From Anthoceros angustus (taxonomy: Eukaryota; Plantae; Anthocerotophyta): a DNA stretch of 64,000 nucleotides. Below are positions 10,626 to 22,694 of this stretch, in pieces. The number at the start of each line of letters is the position of its first letter. The first letter of the stretch is position 1. The stretch lies in the NCBI GenBank assembly GCA_010909165.1, contig VJWM01000249.1, positions 62,001-126,000 on the forward strand, read 5' to 3'. The notes under the pieces were generated by a model. The model ran no database searches, was not told the origin of the DNA, and worked only from the letters and a program-made list of their open reading frames with translations. A program made the translations under genes and the position numbers.

Positions 10626-11722
10626 GTATCATTCCTCCGCATTCCTACACCAAGCACCTACTAACCTCATCCCCATTTCTTGTTGACCATGGTGATCAAT
10701 TATTTGCTTTGTCTCGGGTTTTCATTGGGGACATTGTCATCGGGCTGTCGGGAGCGATCACCCACAAGTAAGCCCTCAATGCATTGTTGGCGTGATGCTT
10801 CTTTTTGCATATGGTTGACATCCACCGCAGTAGTTTTGCGGGCATCTCTGCGATTGTGGGCGGATGATGGCACCGCCCACCCTCTCCTCCTCACATCTTT
10901 GCATTCATTTAGCAGGAGCAAATCACACAAGAAAGGCGGGCGGGGCGGTGCGGTGCGGCGGTGTGGGCGGGCGGGCGGGCCGTGTGGGGTGGGGTGCGGT
11001 GGGCGGGAGGAGGCACCACGGTATCATTCCTCCGCATTCCTACACCAAGCACCTACTAACCTCATCCCCATTTCTTGTTGACCATGGTGATGCAATTATT
11101 TGCTTTGTCTCGGGTTTTCATTGGGGACATTGTCGCCGGGCTGTCGGGAGCGATCACCCACAAGTAAGCCTCAATGCATTGTTGGCGTGATGCTTCTTTT
11201 TGCATATGGTTGACATCCACCTGCGGTAGTTTTGCGGGCATCTGCGATTGTGGGCGGGATGGCACCGCCCACCCTCTCCTCCTCACATCGTTTGTTCATT
11301 TAGCAGGAGCAAATCACACAAGAAAGGCGAGGCGGGCGGTGCGTGGGCGGTGGGCGGGCGGGGCGAGGCGGGCGGTGGGCGGGAGGAGGCACCCACGGTA
11401 TCATTCCTCCGCATTCCTACACCAAGCACCTACTAACCTCATCCCCATTTCTTGTTGACCATGGTGATGCCGAATTATTTGCTTTGTCTCAGGTTTTCAT
11501 TGGGGACATTGTCATCGGGCCTGTCGGGAACGATCACCCACAAGTAAGCCCTCAATGCATTGTTGGCGTGATGCTTCTTTTTTTGCATATGGTTGACATC
11601 CACTGCAGGTAGTTTTGCAGGCATACTGCGATTGTGGGCGGGATGACTGGCACCGGCCCACCCTCTCCTCCTCACATGCTGCAGGCTGTTCATTTAGCAG
11701 GGAGCAAATCACACAAGAAAGG
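10626..11722. repeat. Three tandem copies of a ~310-bp unit separated by G-rich spacers
   Basis: Unit gtatcattcctccgcattcctacacc...aaatcacacaagaaagg at ~10626-10936, ~11021-11327 and ~11398-11722. Confidence 0.95.
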
Positions 11723-12608
11723 AAAAAGCTCAGCAGAACATTGTAAAATGAAATGTGTGTACAATAAGTATCCATAGCTCTTCTTATATACGAAAACCTA
11801 AAACGTCAAGTGTCGTTTCACTAACCCTAAATAGCTTATCCTTATTCAATGTAACCACTATATATGTAACAATCCCTCTTAAGTAAGCACGGTTAGCCTA
11901 AACAAATAACACTTCCAACTTGTCCTGGGCTTGAGTACGCCCCGCCTTCAAGCGTAAAGTCCCGCCGCCATAAAAACACTCGCCATTCTTCTTTGAATTC
12001 CTACTTCAGGGGCAAGACATCACCATGAAAACCAGAACTGGTACCAGCTACGAGTGCCCCTTAGAGTATGAGAAGAGGAGGAGAGGAGTGAAGCCTCGCC
12101 CAATCAGGGAATCAACATCCGCTGCTCCCGCACCTACCAGCTCGCCAAAACTCACCCTGGAGGAGCTGATCGCCCGCATGAACAGCTTCGCGTCGGCGAC
12201 ACATAGCCCCTACCAGACGTAGCAAGAGCTGAGGGACTGCAGGAGCAGAGGGAGGAACAGGGGATCTACTACTCTCAGGAGGCGTCGCCCATATTAGCCG
12301 TAAGCGAAGGTTGTCATGGCAGTGCAAGGCAGAGCACCTTGCTTGGGAAGAGTGCATTGCCGGATGAAGAGCAGCTTGACCTAAAGCCAGCCCTCTGAAT
12401 AAGGTAGTTGGACGATTGGATTCTAAGGTAAGCTTCCTAGGCCTTGTCATGCCCTTTTGAGAGGCACCTGACTGTAACGTGGGACGTATCTGTTCAGTAG
12501 GATTAAGGATATTTCACCACGAAACAAACAACATAGGGAACCTTGAGTTCCCACGCCTCCTTCTCCCCTCCCCACCGCCTCCCCGCCCCCCACCCCGCCC
12601 GATAAGTT

Positions 12609-13330
12609 CTAAACGTTCATGGTGTAGAGGGTAGAGTAGTCGTCCAAACCGAGGGCTGCCATGTGCTTGTAGTGCTTGTGCTTAGGAAGTCCTTTATTCA
12701 ATATATCTGCAACGTTGTCATTTGTGCTCACATAGTCCACCTTAACCACTCCTCTGTTCACCACATCTCTGACGTAAGGATGTTGTATCTCAGTATGCTT
12801 AGTTCGTACGTGGAACCTTGGATTTGCCACAAGTGCTAATGCCCACATATTGTCACAGTGCAGAGGGGTTGGAGATTGCTGCTCATGATCGAGATCCTTA
12901 AGAAAGTTGCGCTCCCATTCAACCTCTTTTGATGCGTCCATGAAGGACTTGTATTCAGCTTCTGTAGACGAGAGTGCGATTGACGACTGTTTCTTGCATG
13001 ACCAGCCAACGACAGCGGAAGGTAGCAGGAACAATATGCAGAAAGGCTCGTCCTGGAATCAGTATCAGATGCCCAGTCGGCATCACTGAATCTCTTCAAG
13101 GTAAGTCTCATGTTTCTGCTGCTTCGGTAGAACAGGCCCTGGTTGTGTGTACACTTAAGATACCTAAAGATCCTCTTAACTGCTATCTAGTGGGCTTTTC
13201 TAGGGTTCTCAAGGAATTGCGAAATAGTGCTCACAACATATTGGATATCAGGCCTTGTCCAGTTGGCGACAAATATGAGATGCCTACGGGAGCAGTAGGA
13301 AGAAGACTAGTAAGGCTGGATATGGTATAA
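12609..13330 (-). mobile_element. Degenerate Ty1/copia RT C-terminus and RNase H
   Basis: TRPDIQYVVSTISQF..AVKRIFRYLK, FSDADWASD, WSCKKQSSIALSSTEAEY, LHCDN, RTKHTEI, NVADIL, with stops and frameshifts. Confidence 0.92.
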
Positions 13331-14396
13331 GTTTGAATAAAAAGTCAAATCTTAGTCATCTAACACTCGATAAAAATGAACTGGTTTCAAGATATTTCAG
13401 TAGAATGCAAGATAGTGAGATGAACGAAAACGAAAAAGAGAAAAAGGAGAACGAGACCAATGAAGAATATTGGAAGATGAAAGGATTACGGCGCAATAGT
13501 ATATGTTTGCATAGAAAATCATATGTTTATGATCTCATATCCGAAATGTTTCGTTTAGACATCTTGGTAGAATGCAAGATAATAAGATAGATGAAAAAAA
13601 GAGAAAAGAGTATACAAGACCAATTAAAAATAATGGAAGCTCGTTTTCCGCTTAGCATCAGGAGTATTTTCAAACTAGTCTAAGTGGTCCTAAGACTATT
13701 TTCCTTCTCGAAGGCCCGGGTGACGAGGATGAAATAATCACATTCCAAAGTCGTCATAAAGTACCATTTGATAAAGATGCCAAATAGATTTGGATTTCCC
13801 CAAAATTATTATCCAGCTACCAAATAGAGATCTATGTGAAATAGAAACAGAGACATGTGTGAGTGAGCGATTCAAGACAAACTCAAAAACGTCCCAGAGA
13901 AATCTTGTAATTCTACCAAGAAGAAGAAGAAGAAGTGACTGTCATGTTTGATCCCCACAACCAAGATCCCAATGCCCAAGTTTCAAGTTGCTCTGATTAT
14001 AACAGCACATATCCCAATTCCAAATGTATGGCCAACGCTCATCACAGAAAACTTGATGTGCGTCGAGAATAATTGTTCGCAATCATGCATTCTTCAAAAG
14101 AGACTGCAAGATGCAATCTTGACCTGGAAAATATGGCCAATCAATATGAAGATTGTGTGTCCATCCTTTGACATGGGTCAGTAATGAGCGATGTTGCTGA
14201 GAAATGTTTTGGAACATACTGAAGCAAACCGAAAGAGTTCTTGGCTGAATATGTTCTCAAATATTCTAAAGCAAACTGCCAGGCCAGCTGTATGCAAGCC
14301 TAGTAGGGCGTTTAACCATTCTTGCTCGTGGAATCAGGTTGCCCGTTGTGTTACTCATGCTAAATATTGCAATTTGTGTTGCTAGTACCAAACATT

Positions 14397-14560
14397 ATTG
14401 TGTTTTTGATGCCAAAGATTGTTGTGTTCCTAATGCCAAAGATTGTTGTGTTCCTAGTGCCAAAGATCACTATGTTCCTAATGCCAAAGATTGCTTTATC
14501 TTTAAGCTAGAGATTGCTGTGTTGTTGATGTCAAAGATTGCTATGTTGTTGATGTCAATG
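14397..14560. repeat. Degenerate ~24-bp minisatellite
   Basis: Repeats of tgccaaagattgttgtgttcctaa and variants. Confidence 0.8.
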
Positions 14561-16682
14561 ATCTATAGATTTTCAGTGCACGTTAAACTTCATCTCAAAA
14601 ATGATATGGATTCAATGCTAATAAAGGTTTCCAAAGATTTCTTGCTAATACAATGTAATTTGTGTATGTTGCTCTATAGTAAATTCTACACTGGTTCAAC
14701 ATCTATTCAATGTTTTAATACTTTGTTGATTTCTATGTCAAAATACCTTGTAATGTTCGTATTGTTCGTTTTTTCTATACAAACCATGTAAATGTCGTAT
14801 GGATAGTACCTTCATGAGCGGTCCTGATGTTAGGCCGGGCCTGTTCAGGCGATGGCTGAGTGATAAAAGCTAGGAAGAAAAGAAGGAACTCAGCCAAAGA
14901 GTGAGATTCTTGCTGACAAAGATGGAAGATGGATGTGTGCTCAATTTTGAGGGCCAAAACTTTTGGGGAGTAGAGAGGAACAAGACTTTTCCCCCTGGAT
15001 GTTTTGTTATTTATAGATGCTAGATGAGAGAGTAGTAACTATTAGTGAATTGATTGAACTATTTAATTACCAAATCATAGGAACACTACAATCGTTTTGG
15101 AGTTCATTAAGTATCATCAATTTATTTACAATTAATTGTATCGAATTAAATAAATTTTTTTGATAAACTAATCTTTATTAACTCATACTATACAACGTCA
15201 TCGTAATGAAAAGATTACTCATTCATTGACCAAGGCACAAAAAAGATATATAAGATAAAGATTTGAAATGAATCTATTAAGGGACTCAAACCTTTTCTCG
15301 CGAGCCGTCCAACCGGGAACACGCGTTCTGTGAACTTGCAAGGACCACTAACCTATTAGGTAGTTTCATAAGCGTAAGATGGGCGTACATCAAAACAGGC
15401 GGTACCATACAAACTCAATGTAGACAAACATATGCATGAAATATGATGCGTTTCCTGCATTTTGTGATGGGTGTAAAATGGAAGGGCTGCGAATGATTCC
15501 ATATGAGGACGGACGGCCCTGTGATGAGCCAGTAGAAGGCACTGGAGACGCTGTACTTGACCCCGCTGTTGCGCGACTGGGCCCGAAGTAAAGCTAGCCC
15601 TGCTGCTCGTTTCGCTTCGCTTCGCTTTGCTCAGATTCGGCTTCTTCTCTCTCCGCCGTCCGCCGCAGTCTGGCTGTCAGGACCACCACCTCGTCGCCCT
15701 GCAGTCAGCTGAGCCGTGCCAGTCCTGAAAACGCAGCTCATCAGATTCGCCGCTGCAGCTCCAGCTGCCCTTCCCACCTCCGCCCATGGCTCGCTCGTCT
15801 CCTGCCGCGCCCTGGAACGTGGTCGTCGTCTTGCTTGCTCAGCTGTGCGCAGCGCTGTGAATGCTCCCGTCAGCTCGATTTCTACCGCTGTTCAAAGGAG
15901 CGCGGAGCGCGTCATCCATCGCACGCTAGTAATACGATCCGGGTCTCCAGGTGTGCTCTCACTCCAAGGCTCTTTTTCACCTCGTCGTCCTAACTCCTGC
16001 TTTCGCCATCTTGTAAGCTGCGTGTCCTCTGCCAGAGGAAGCTGGAATGTAGGCAGGCAGCCGCTTCGGGTTTGTGATGCTCAGTGGACTTGAGAGGCAG
16101 TCGCAGCACATCCCCCTGCGGAATGCCAGGATCTCATGTGACAGTCATGTGCCGCGTTGTTGATAGCAGCGGAATCGGGGGTAATTTCGATTCTCTGACT
16201 CGAAGTTCGACAGTCGGGATCGGAGGCTTTCGTATGTTCTGGAGGATGCTTGGGATCACGGGGTACTGAAGTGGTGTCTTAGGTTGTACGTACGTGTCTG
16301 CAGGGCGTGGGCCCCGTTTTAACAGATGCCGTATGGATCGGGAGAAAGCGGGTGTGCAGGATGAGGTGAATGCTCGCGTATTGTTTTCAGCAGGTCGTCG
16401 TCCGATGGTCTGGTCCCAACAGATGGTGTGTATGGACATGGAGTGTTGCATAGCAGGTGCCCTGGATCTGAGCTTGGCTCCCTTGCGATCTTAGATATGT
16501 AGGCCAAGTGCAGGTTGACAGGTATCGTGGCACAGGTCAGGAATCTTCATGCGGGTTAGAGCCGGATTGATTGGAAATGGAGCCAGCGTTTATGGGGGCT
16601 GACCTGGTGCCTCACAAGCATTGCATGCTACTTGTAACATCCTGCCTAGCCTGATCACGTTTTTGTTGTGCGTGCAGTATCT

Positions 16683-19329
16683 ATGGCTGACAACAATTCG
16701 TCCCCCCACGTAGTTAGTCCCCGAGGAGGCAGCGCTATTATAGATACTGCAGCACCGTTTGAGTCCGTGAAAGCTGCAGTTAGTCTGTTTGGGGAGAAGG
16801 CTGATTTTAACGAGAGAGATGGAAAGGGGCGTCGAGTGCCTTCAAGCGCTGAGGTTGGTCACCTGCTGTGAAGTATGCTCTACACTGCGCTTGCCTCGTT
16901 GTTCTGTGTGTTTGTCCCTTCGAGCTGCAAATTTCTTGGGTATTTTCTGTGTCAGTGCTTATGATTTGAAAATTGCGCGACTTTGTCAAAAACAGCTCTT
17001 TGTGGAGCGATTGTCAGTAGGTATTTGCTCTCTCAGTGCTTCTGACTTGCTCTTTCCACCGCACCAGAAACGTATAGCTCTGGAATCAGACTTGAGAAGG
17101 GGGCATGAGGACTTGTCTCGGCTCAAGGAGCAGTTGACAGAAACTGAGAAGGCCCATGCGAAGGCTGTGCATGAGCTAGAAGCAACTTTGGCTGCAAAGA
17201 CCAAGGCACTGGAAGAGGCTCTTTCCTCACAAGCAAAGGCCGTTGAGGCAGCAAACGGGGAAAAGCTACAAGCCGATGAGTTGCTTAGTGCCAGGAGCAA
17301 AGAGCTTGCCGAGAGAAATAAAGCATGGGAGGCTGAGGTCTCAAAACTGCAGAAACAACTCTCTGATGTCACAGCCCAGCTTCAATCTGCAAATCATGAC
17401 ATCGAGAAATTGAAAGCAGAGCTGCAGAGAACAGCAAGTGCTACTGGACAACAAGCACTTGCTCATGCAGACGAAATAACTAAGGCGAAGAAAGAAGCAG
17501 AGGCTGCTGCCACTCTACGTCAAGAGGAGATAGAAACTCTCAAGGGGAAGGTACTTCAGAGCGAAGAAGCCCTAGCTGGTGTAAAGGTGGCCAATGCAAA
17601 GCTGGAGAGTGAAAAAGCGGCTATTGCAGCCGAGCTCGCAGAGCTCAAGGCAGCTGCTATCACAAAGGAAAAGGAAATAGAAGACCTGAAGAAGCAATTG
17701 ACTTCTGCCAAAGAATTGGAGGTGGAACTTGCATCGGCCACTTTGGCAGCACAGAAGCTGGAGAAGGATGTGGCTGCCTTGAAAGAATCTGGAGCCAAAT
17801 CTGCTGCCTCAGACAAACAGGAAATATTGGAGTTGAAGAAGCAACTGACTGCTGCAAAAGAGCTGGAGGGAAAGCTTGCATCAGCCACGTTAGCAGCTGA
17901 GAAGGGGGAAAAGGATGTGGCAGCTTTAAAAGAATCTGAAGGCAAGGCTTTTGCAGAAATTCGTGAGTTGAAATTGGTTGAATCGAAGGTAAAAACAGAG
18001 CTGGAAGAAGTGAAGGCAGCAAAAGCCGCCAGTGAAGCTGAACTGGAGCAGACTCGGATGCAACTTAAAAGGTTGCAGGTAGAAGAGGAATCCTTACGAG
18101 GAGCTTTTGCTACTTTGCAGTTAGACTATGATAAGGAGAATGCAGAGCTGTCAGAATTAAAAGTGAAGCACGGGAAGGCCGCCAGTGATTTGCAGCAGGC
18201 TCTCTTGCAGATAAGGAATTTACAGGAGGAAGAAGCCTCTCTGCGAAGCTCTTTTGAGTCTCTGCGAGCTGACTACGACACTGAGCACACAGAACTTGTG
18301 GACTTGAAGATAAAAGATTCGAGGTCTGCAGAGGAGTACTCTGCTTTGGCTGGTGACTTGGAGAAGACTATAGCAGATCTATCATCAGTGTCTGCGGCAG
18401 AGGCAAAAGCGAAGGAACAAGTTGGGGCTTTGACGGAGGCTTTGCACCAGGTGACTGCAGAGGCAGATTCAGCGAAGAAATTAGTCGGTCAGTGTACTGA
18501 GGACGCAGCAAAGGCTAAAGCAGAGGCAGAGCAAGCGAAAGCTGCTTTAGATACCACGGAGAGGAGGTTACAAGCGGCTCTGAAGGAGGTGGAAGCTGCC
18601 AAGGCTGCTGAGACATTGGCGCTGTCGGAATGCAAAAATCTGAGGGAGAAGCATACTGAGCAAGAGGAGCCTGCACCCGGCGAAAAGGAAGCAGGGTTAG
18701 AGGTGACCCTGCCTAGAGAGGAGTACGATGCCCTGAAGAAGAAAATTGTGGAGGTGGAAGATGTTTCAAAGAAGAAAGCGGAGGCTGCTTTAGCTCAATT
18801 GGCTGCCTCCCAGGCTGCTGAAAGGGAATTGCTGACCAAATTGCAGGCAACCCTTTCAGACTTAGACATTAGTAGGGAAGCAGCTGGTTTGGCTCTGAAA
18901 AGGGCAGAGAAGGCTGAAGAAGCCAAGTCAAAGATTGAAGGCGAATTGAGAAAGCACAGATCTGAGAACGAGCAAAGACGCAAAGGTGCTGATCATTCGA
19001 GAGAACTTGGGCTTGGTTCGGGAATTGGAACCCCCCCTACAAGAGTCGACAGCGACTTGATGTTGGGTACCCCAGTTGGATCTCGGCAACAATCTGGAGA
19101 ACTATACAAACCAGCCAGAGCAGGGAAACAATCTGAGTCGTTGGGGCAATTTTTAAACATCCTTATGCCTGTGACACAAGAGAAGGAGGATCCAATTCTA
19201 GAGACACCGAAGTCTCCTCCTGTAGATACTACGGCAGTGCCGAAGCGGAAGAGAAGATTCCAAGCAGCGGTGAGAGCTTTATTTGGGAAAGGTCAGAAAG
19301 CGAAAGCAAACGCCAACAAAAACGTATGA
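16683..19329 (+). CDS. WEB family (DUF827) coiled-coil protein, 2 exons (16683-16853, 17068-19329)
   Basis: N-terminal signature IDTAAPFESVKAAVSLFG, in-frame GT-AG intron, long E/K/A-rich coiled coil with VEAAKAAETLAL, and an internal 49-aa duplication. Confidence 0.9.
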
Positions 19330-22300
19330 TTATCATAAGGTGGCGGGGGTGGTAAGGTTTATGTTAGGTGGGGTGGTTGGCGCGGGGTGTTGTGCAGGCC
19401 CCCGTATATTTGTTTGTGTTGATAAATTTTTAAGATTGCTGGTGGTGATGCCGGTGCAAGCCAACATTATGTTTATGTTATCCACATTGGAGGAGGCTTA
19501 GATTGTAGGTGGCTCAGGTACATATTTACGCCACTCAAGGCTCTCACCAGGTGGCAGGAATGTCCTGCATCCTCGTCCTCCTGGGGGATTATTTGATTTT
19601 GAAGGAAACGTTGGAAGATTATGACAGCCCTACAGAGGTGTGTTATCCATAGGTATGTACATGGATGTATGTTAGATTATGGCTCCGGGTACCTATGAAG
19701 CATTGGCGCTGCTCATTTGGTGTGGGACATGGCGCGGCATGGCTCCTAGACTATTGCTTGTGGGAGGTGGTGAAATTGTGGAGGCGGTACTAAGGCGAGA
19801 GAAGGCAGGGAGAGAGAGAGGCGAATGGGGGTTGGGGCCGCGGTCCGGGCCAGGGCTGCGTGTTTGTGCGTGTGTGTACTCGAGCAGGATGGGACTCGGA
19901 GTCGTCCTGGCTCTCTCACACTCGCTCACACGTTCGTCACCGCGGCGGAGCAGGTCAGGTGAGGTCAGGGCCAACAGGGGCAAGGCGAGGGCAAGGGCAA
20001 GGGCAAGGGCAATGGCGTGTCGGGTCCGGGGCCCGGGCCCTGTTCACACTGCCTCTGCCCCTGCCTCGGCCTCGGTCCTCTGCCTGGTGAGGCGGCCCGC
20101 CCTGCGGCGACCTGGCCCTGAACCTTTTCCCTGAAAAAGGCGTGGGATGTGGATGGGGGATAAGAGGCGCCGAGCGACTCGGGCGGGAGCCACAGACGGC
20201 GGGCCACGTGTAGGGCCCACGTGTTAGCTCGTGGGTAGGCAGTGGGAATGACAGAGTAGATTTTTCGTGGGGTCGCCCCAGCTTGGCAGCTTGGCAGCTT
20301 GGCACTCATTCAAATGCCGCCTCCTAAATTTGTCCCCACCCTCGGGCTCCGATTCCTCTCCCAGTCCCGAGCGGAGGTGGATATTTGCTCCACCACACGC
20401 AACATGCCATAGCACAGCATTAATTGCTGCCGCTCTGCCAGAGGCGGGCAGGTGATGTGGAACGGGTGCGGGTGCGGGCGTATTGCCGAATGCCGAGGCG
20501 TTCCATTTCCGTAATTGGGGGTCCCAGGACCGGGACCGGACCGGGCCCGGGACCGGGCCCGGGAGATAACTTGTAAAGTCTTGTCGTGTGCGCTGGACCA
20601 GCCCTCGTTGTATTCTTCCTTCCTCGTTCCCACCGGAGCTCCACCTGCGAGACCCTACTGGAGTCGTGGAGATGCTATTCCCATTCCTTGATGCCTCGGA
20701 AGCCCGGAGTGAAGTTACATTTCCAGCATATGGTATGCACATCCGACTCCTTCTAAAGTGCCAGGTTTGAATTAAGCTGTGTGTATCTGGTGCCAGGTTG
20801 GCCCATAGGGCAACCTGCGGAATTGTCCGCCTATTTATAATCGATAAAGCGGACCCAGCAGAGGGCCAAGTCCAAGGGAACGGAGGGACTGGAAAGATGG
20901 TAAGAGTGGGCCCCGGCAGCTGCAGGTGGGGCCCAGGAAAGCGCTTGCCCGTGCTGGTGAGGGAAGGTGGGCCATGAGCTCCTTATAATTTTCACACTGC
21001 AACGGCCAAACAAATGAATTAAGGGAATAAGATATGTATGATATCGCGGGTGGCAGTGAGGTGAGGGGAGGACTGGAGTCAGGGACTCGGGGTTGCCGCA
21101 AGGCCGTGGTATGTACGAAAGATGAGGAGTGGTTGTCCTCGATTGGATCGAGCGATCGAGCCCGCCCTCAGCTTTGCGCAGCAGTTTCCAGGAAGGAGGC
21201 CTCGGAGGAGGAGCAACAGTGGCGGGAGCTGGTGCAGGATGCAGCCCAGCAACAGCAGCAAGGCAAGCCGAGCCACAGCAGCAGCCAGGGCCCCGTTCTC
21301 TCTCTCTCTCTCCCCGCTTTTCTTCTTCCCTTTCCCTTGGCTTTGGCTCTGGCTTTGGCTTTGGCTCTCCCTTCGCCCCTCTTTCTGCACCGGCGCCTGC
21401 CAAGGTTCCCAGCAGCAGAAGAAGCCGCGCCCGCGCCCACCGGCCGCAGCCGCAGCCGCAGCCGCAGCCCTTGCTCGTCACACCAACAACCAGGAGACGG
21501 TGGAGAAGGCGGCGACGCAGATGCACAAGGAGCGAGCCACAGCTGCAAGGGAAGGGACGCAACGTAGCTCGCGCGCCTCACCACCGCCTGTTCGAAGCCC
21601 AGTCTCTCTCTCTCCGCATCTTTTCCTTCCTTCCCGCATCATCTCCTCCTTTTCTCCCACCCTGAGTCTCTCTCCCGCGCCCTGCCGCTCCAATTCCTCT
21701 TCCTCCTCTCGCTCGCTGCCGCCATGGCGTGCTCCGCACTTCCCTCAGAATGCTTGCTTCTCCTCCTCCTCCTCTCCCTCCCGCTGCGCTTTCTGCATCG
21801 CTGCCAGGGTTAGGGATCGCCTACTGCTGCTCTTGTGCTCCCAGCCTTATTCCCCTTCTTCTTGTTGCCCACCCTGCCCTGTCGCGCCCCAGGAGGCCTT
21901 AGGGTTGCTCCTGCCGTCCGCCCCGTTCGCAGGTAAGCTGTGTGGCCTGCAGGCTCCCCCTTCACTTTGTGGCGCGCACCGCCGGATCGCGGCCTCTAGG
22001 GTTCCGCCGCTCCAGTGAAGCTCACCGGCGGGGTTGCCTTTGGCGCGCCGCTCCAACACCAGGTCGCGAGGCAGCAGGCTGCAGGCAGCAGCGGGGCAGG
22101 TACAGGTTCAGGGACGCGCAGGCAGGCGGGATCATGGCGGCACCGTATGCTTCCCACCGCCCTCCGCGCTGCCGTCGGCTCAGGTGGACCGCCGTGCCCC
22201 TGCTCGCAACGTAGGCCACGCGCGGATCCTCTTCAGGCTAGGCTAGGCTAGGCTGGGCTAGGCAAGGCAAGGCAAGGCAAGGCCAGGCCAGGCAGCCAGC

Positions 22301-22694
22301 AGCACCAGCATGCGCTTCCCTCACCAGCGCCGCCCGAGCTCTGGCTTCAGCACAGGTGGAGGAAGACGACCGAGGCGCGCCGACCCCCTCCTCCCTCGTT
22401 TCCCGCTTCTGCCCTGCCCCTCCCTTTCTTGGGCTCTCTCTAGCTGTTTCTGCCTCCCCCAGCCCTGCCCGCAACTGCCCTCACCATCTTCTGCCCATGT
22501 GTCGTCGATGCGCTAGGCGCAAGTATTATGTGTTGGGGCCAGGCCCAGCTTCCTGCTGCCGATATGTCCGTGCCTCTCTTTTCCGGCCAGAGCCTAGGGA
22601 TCCATAACAGGTGAGGACCGAGCAGATGTTTAGTCCAGGTGGGGGTGATGCTCGAGCTTCAGCCCCACCGAATGCCCGTGACTCCTCCTCTTCC

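Noticed and set aside
9762-10771. Long G/A/R/P-rich ORFs in several frames
   Set aside because: Artefact of stop-free (GGGC)n low complexity.
11865-12500. Possible gag-like start (MKTRTG..)
   Set aside because: The ORF is short and lacks diagnostic motifs.
19679-22607. Numerous overlapping ORFs between WEB and PWR
   Set aside because: GC-rich promoter or leader sequence with microsatellites, and no recognisable domain.
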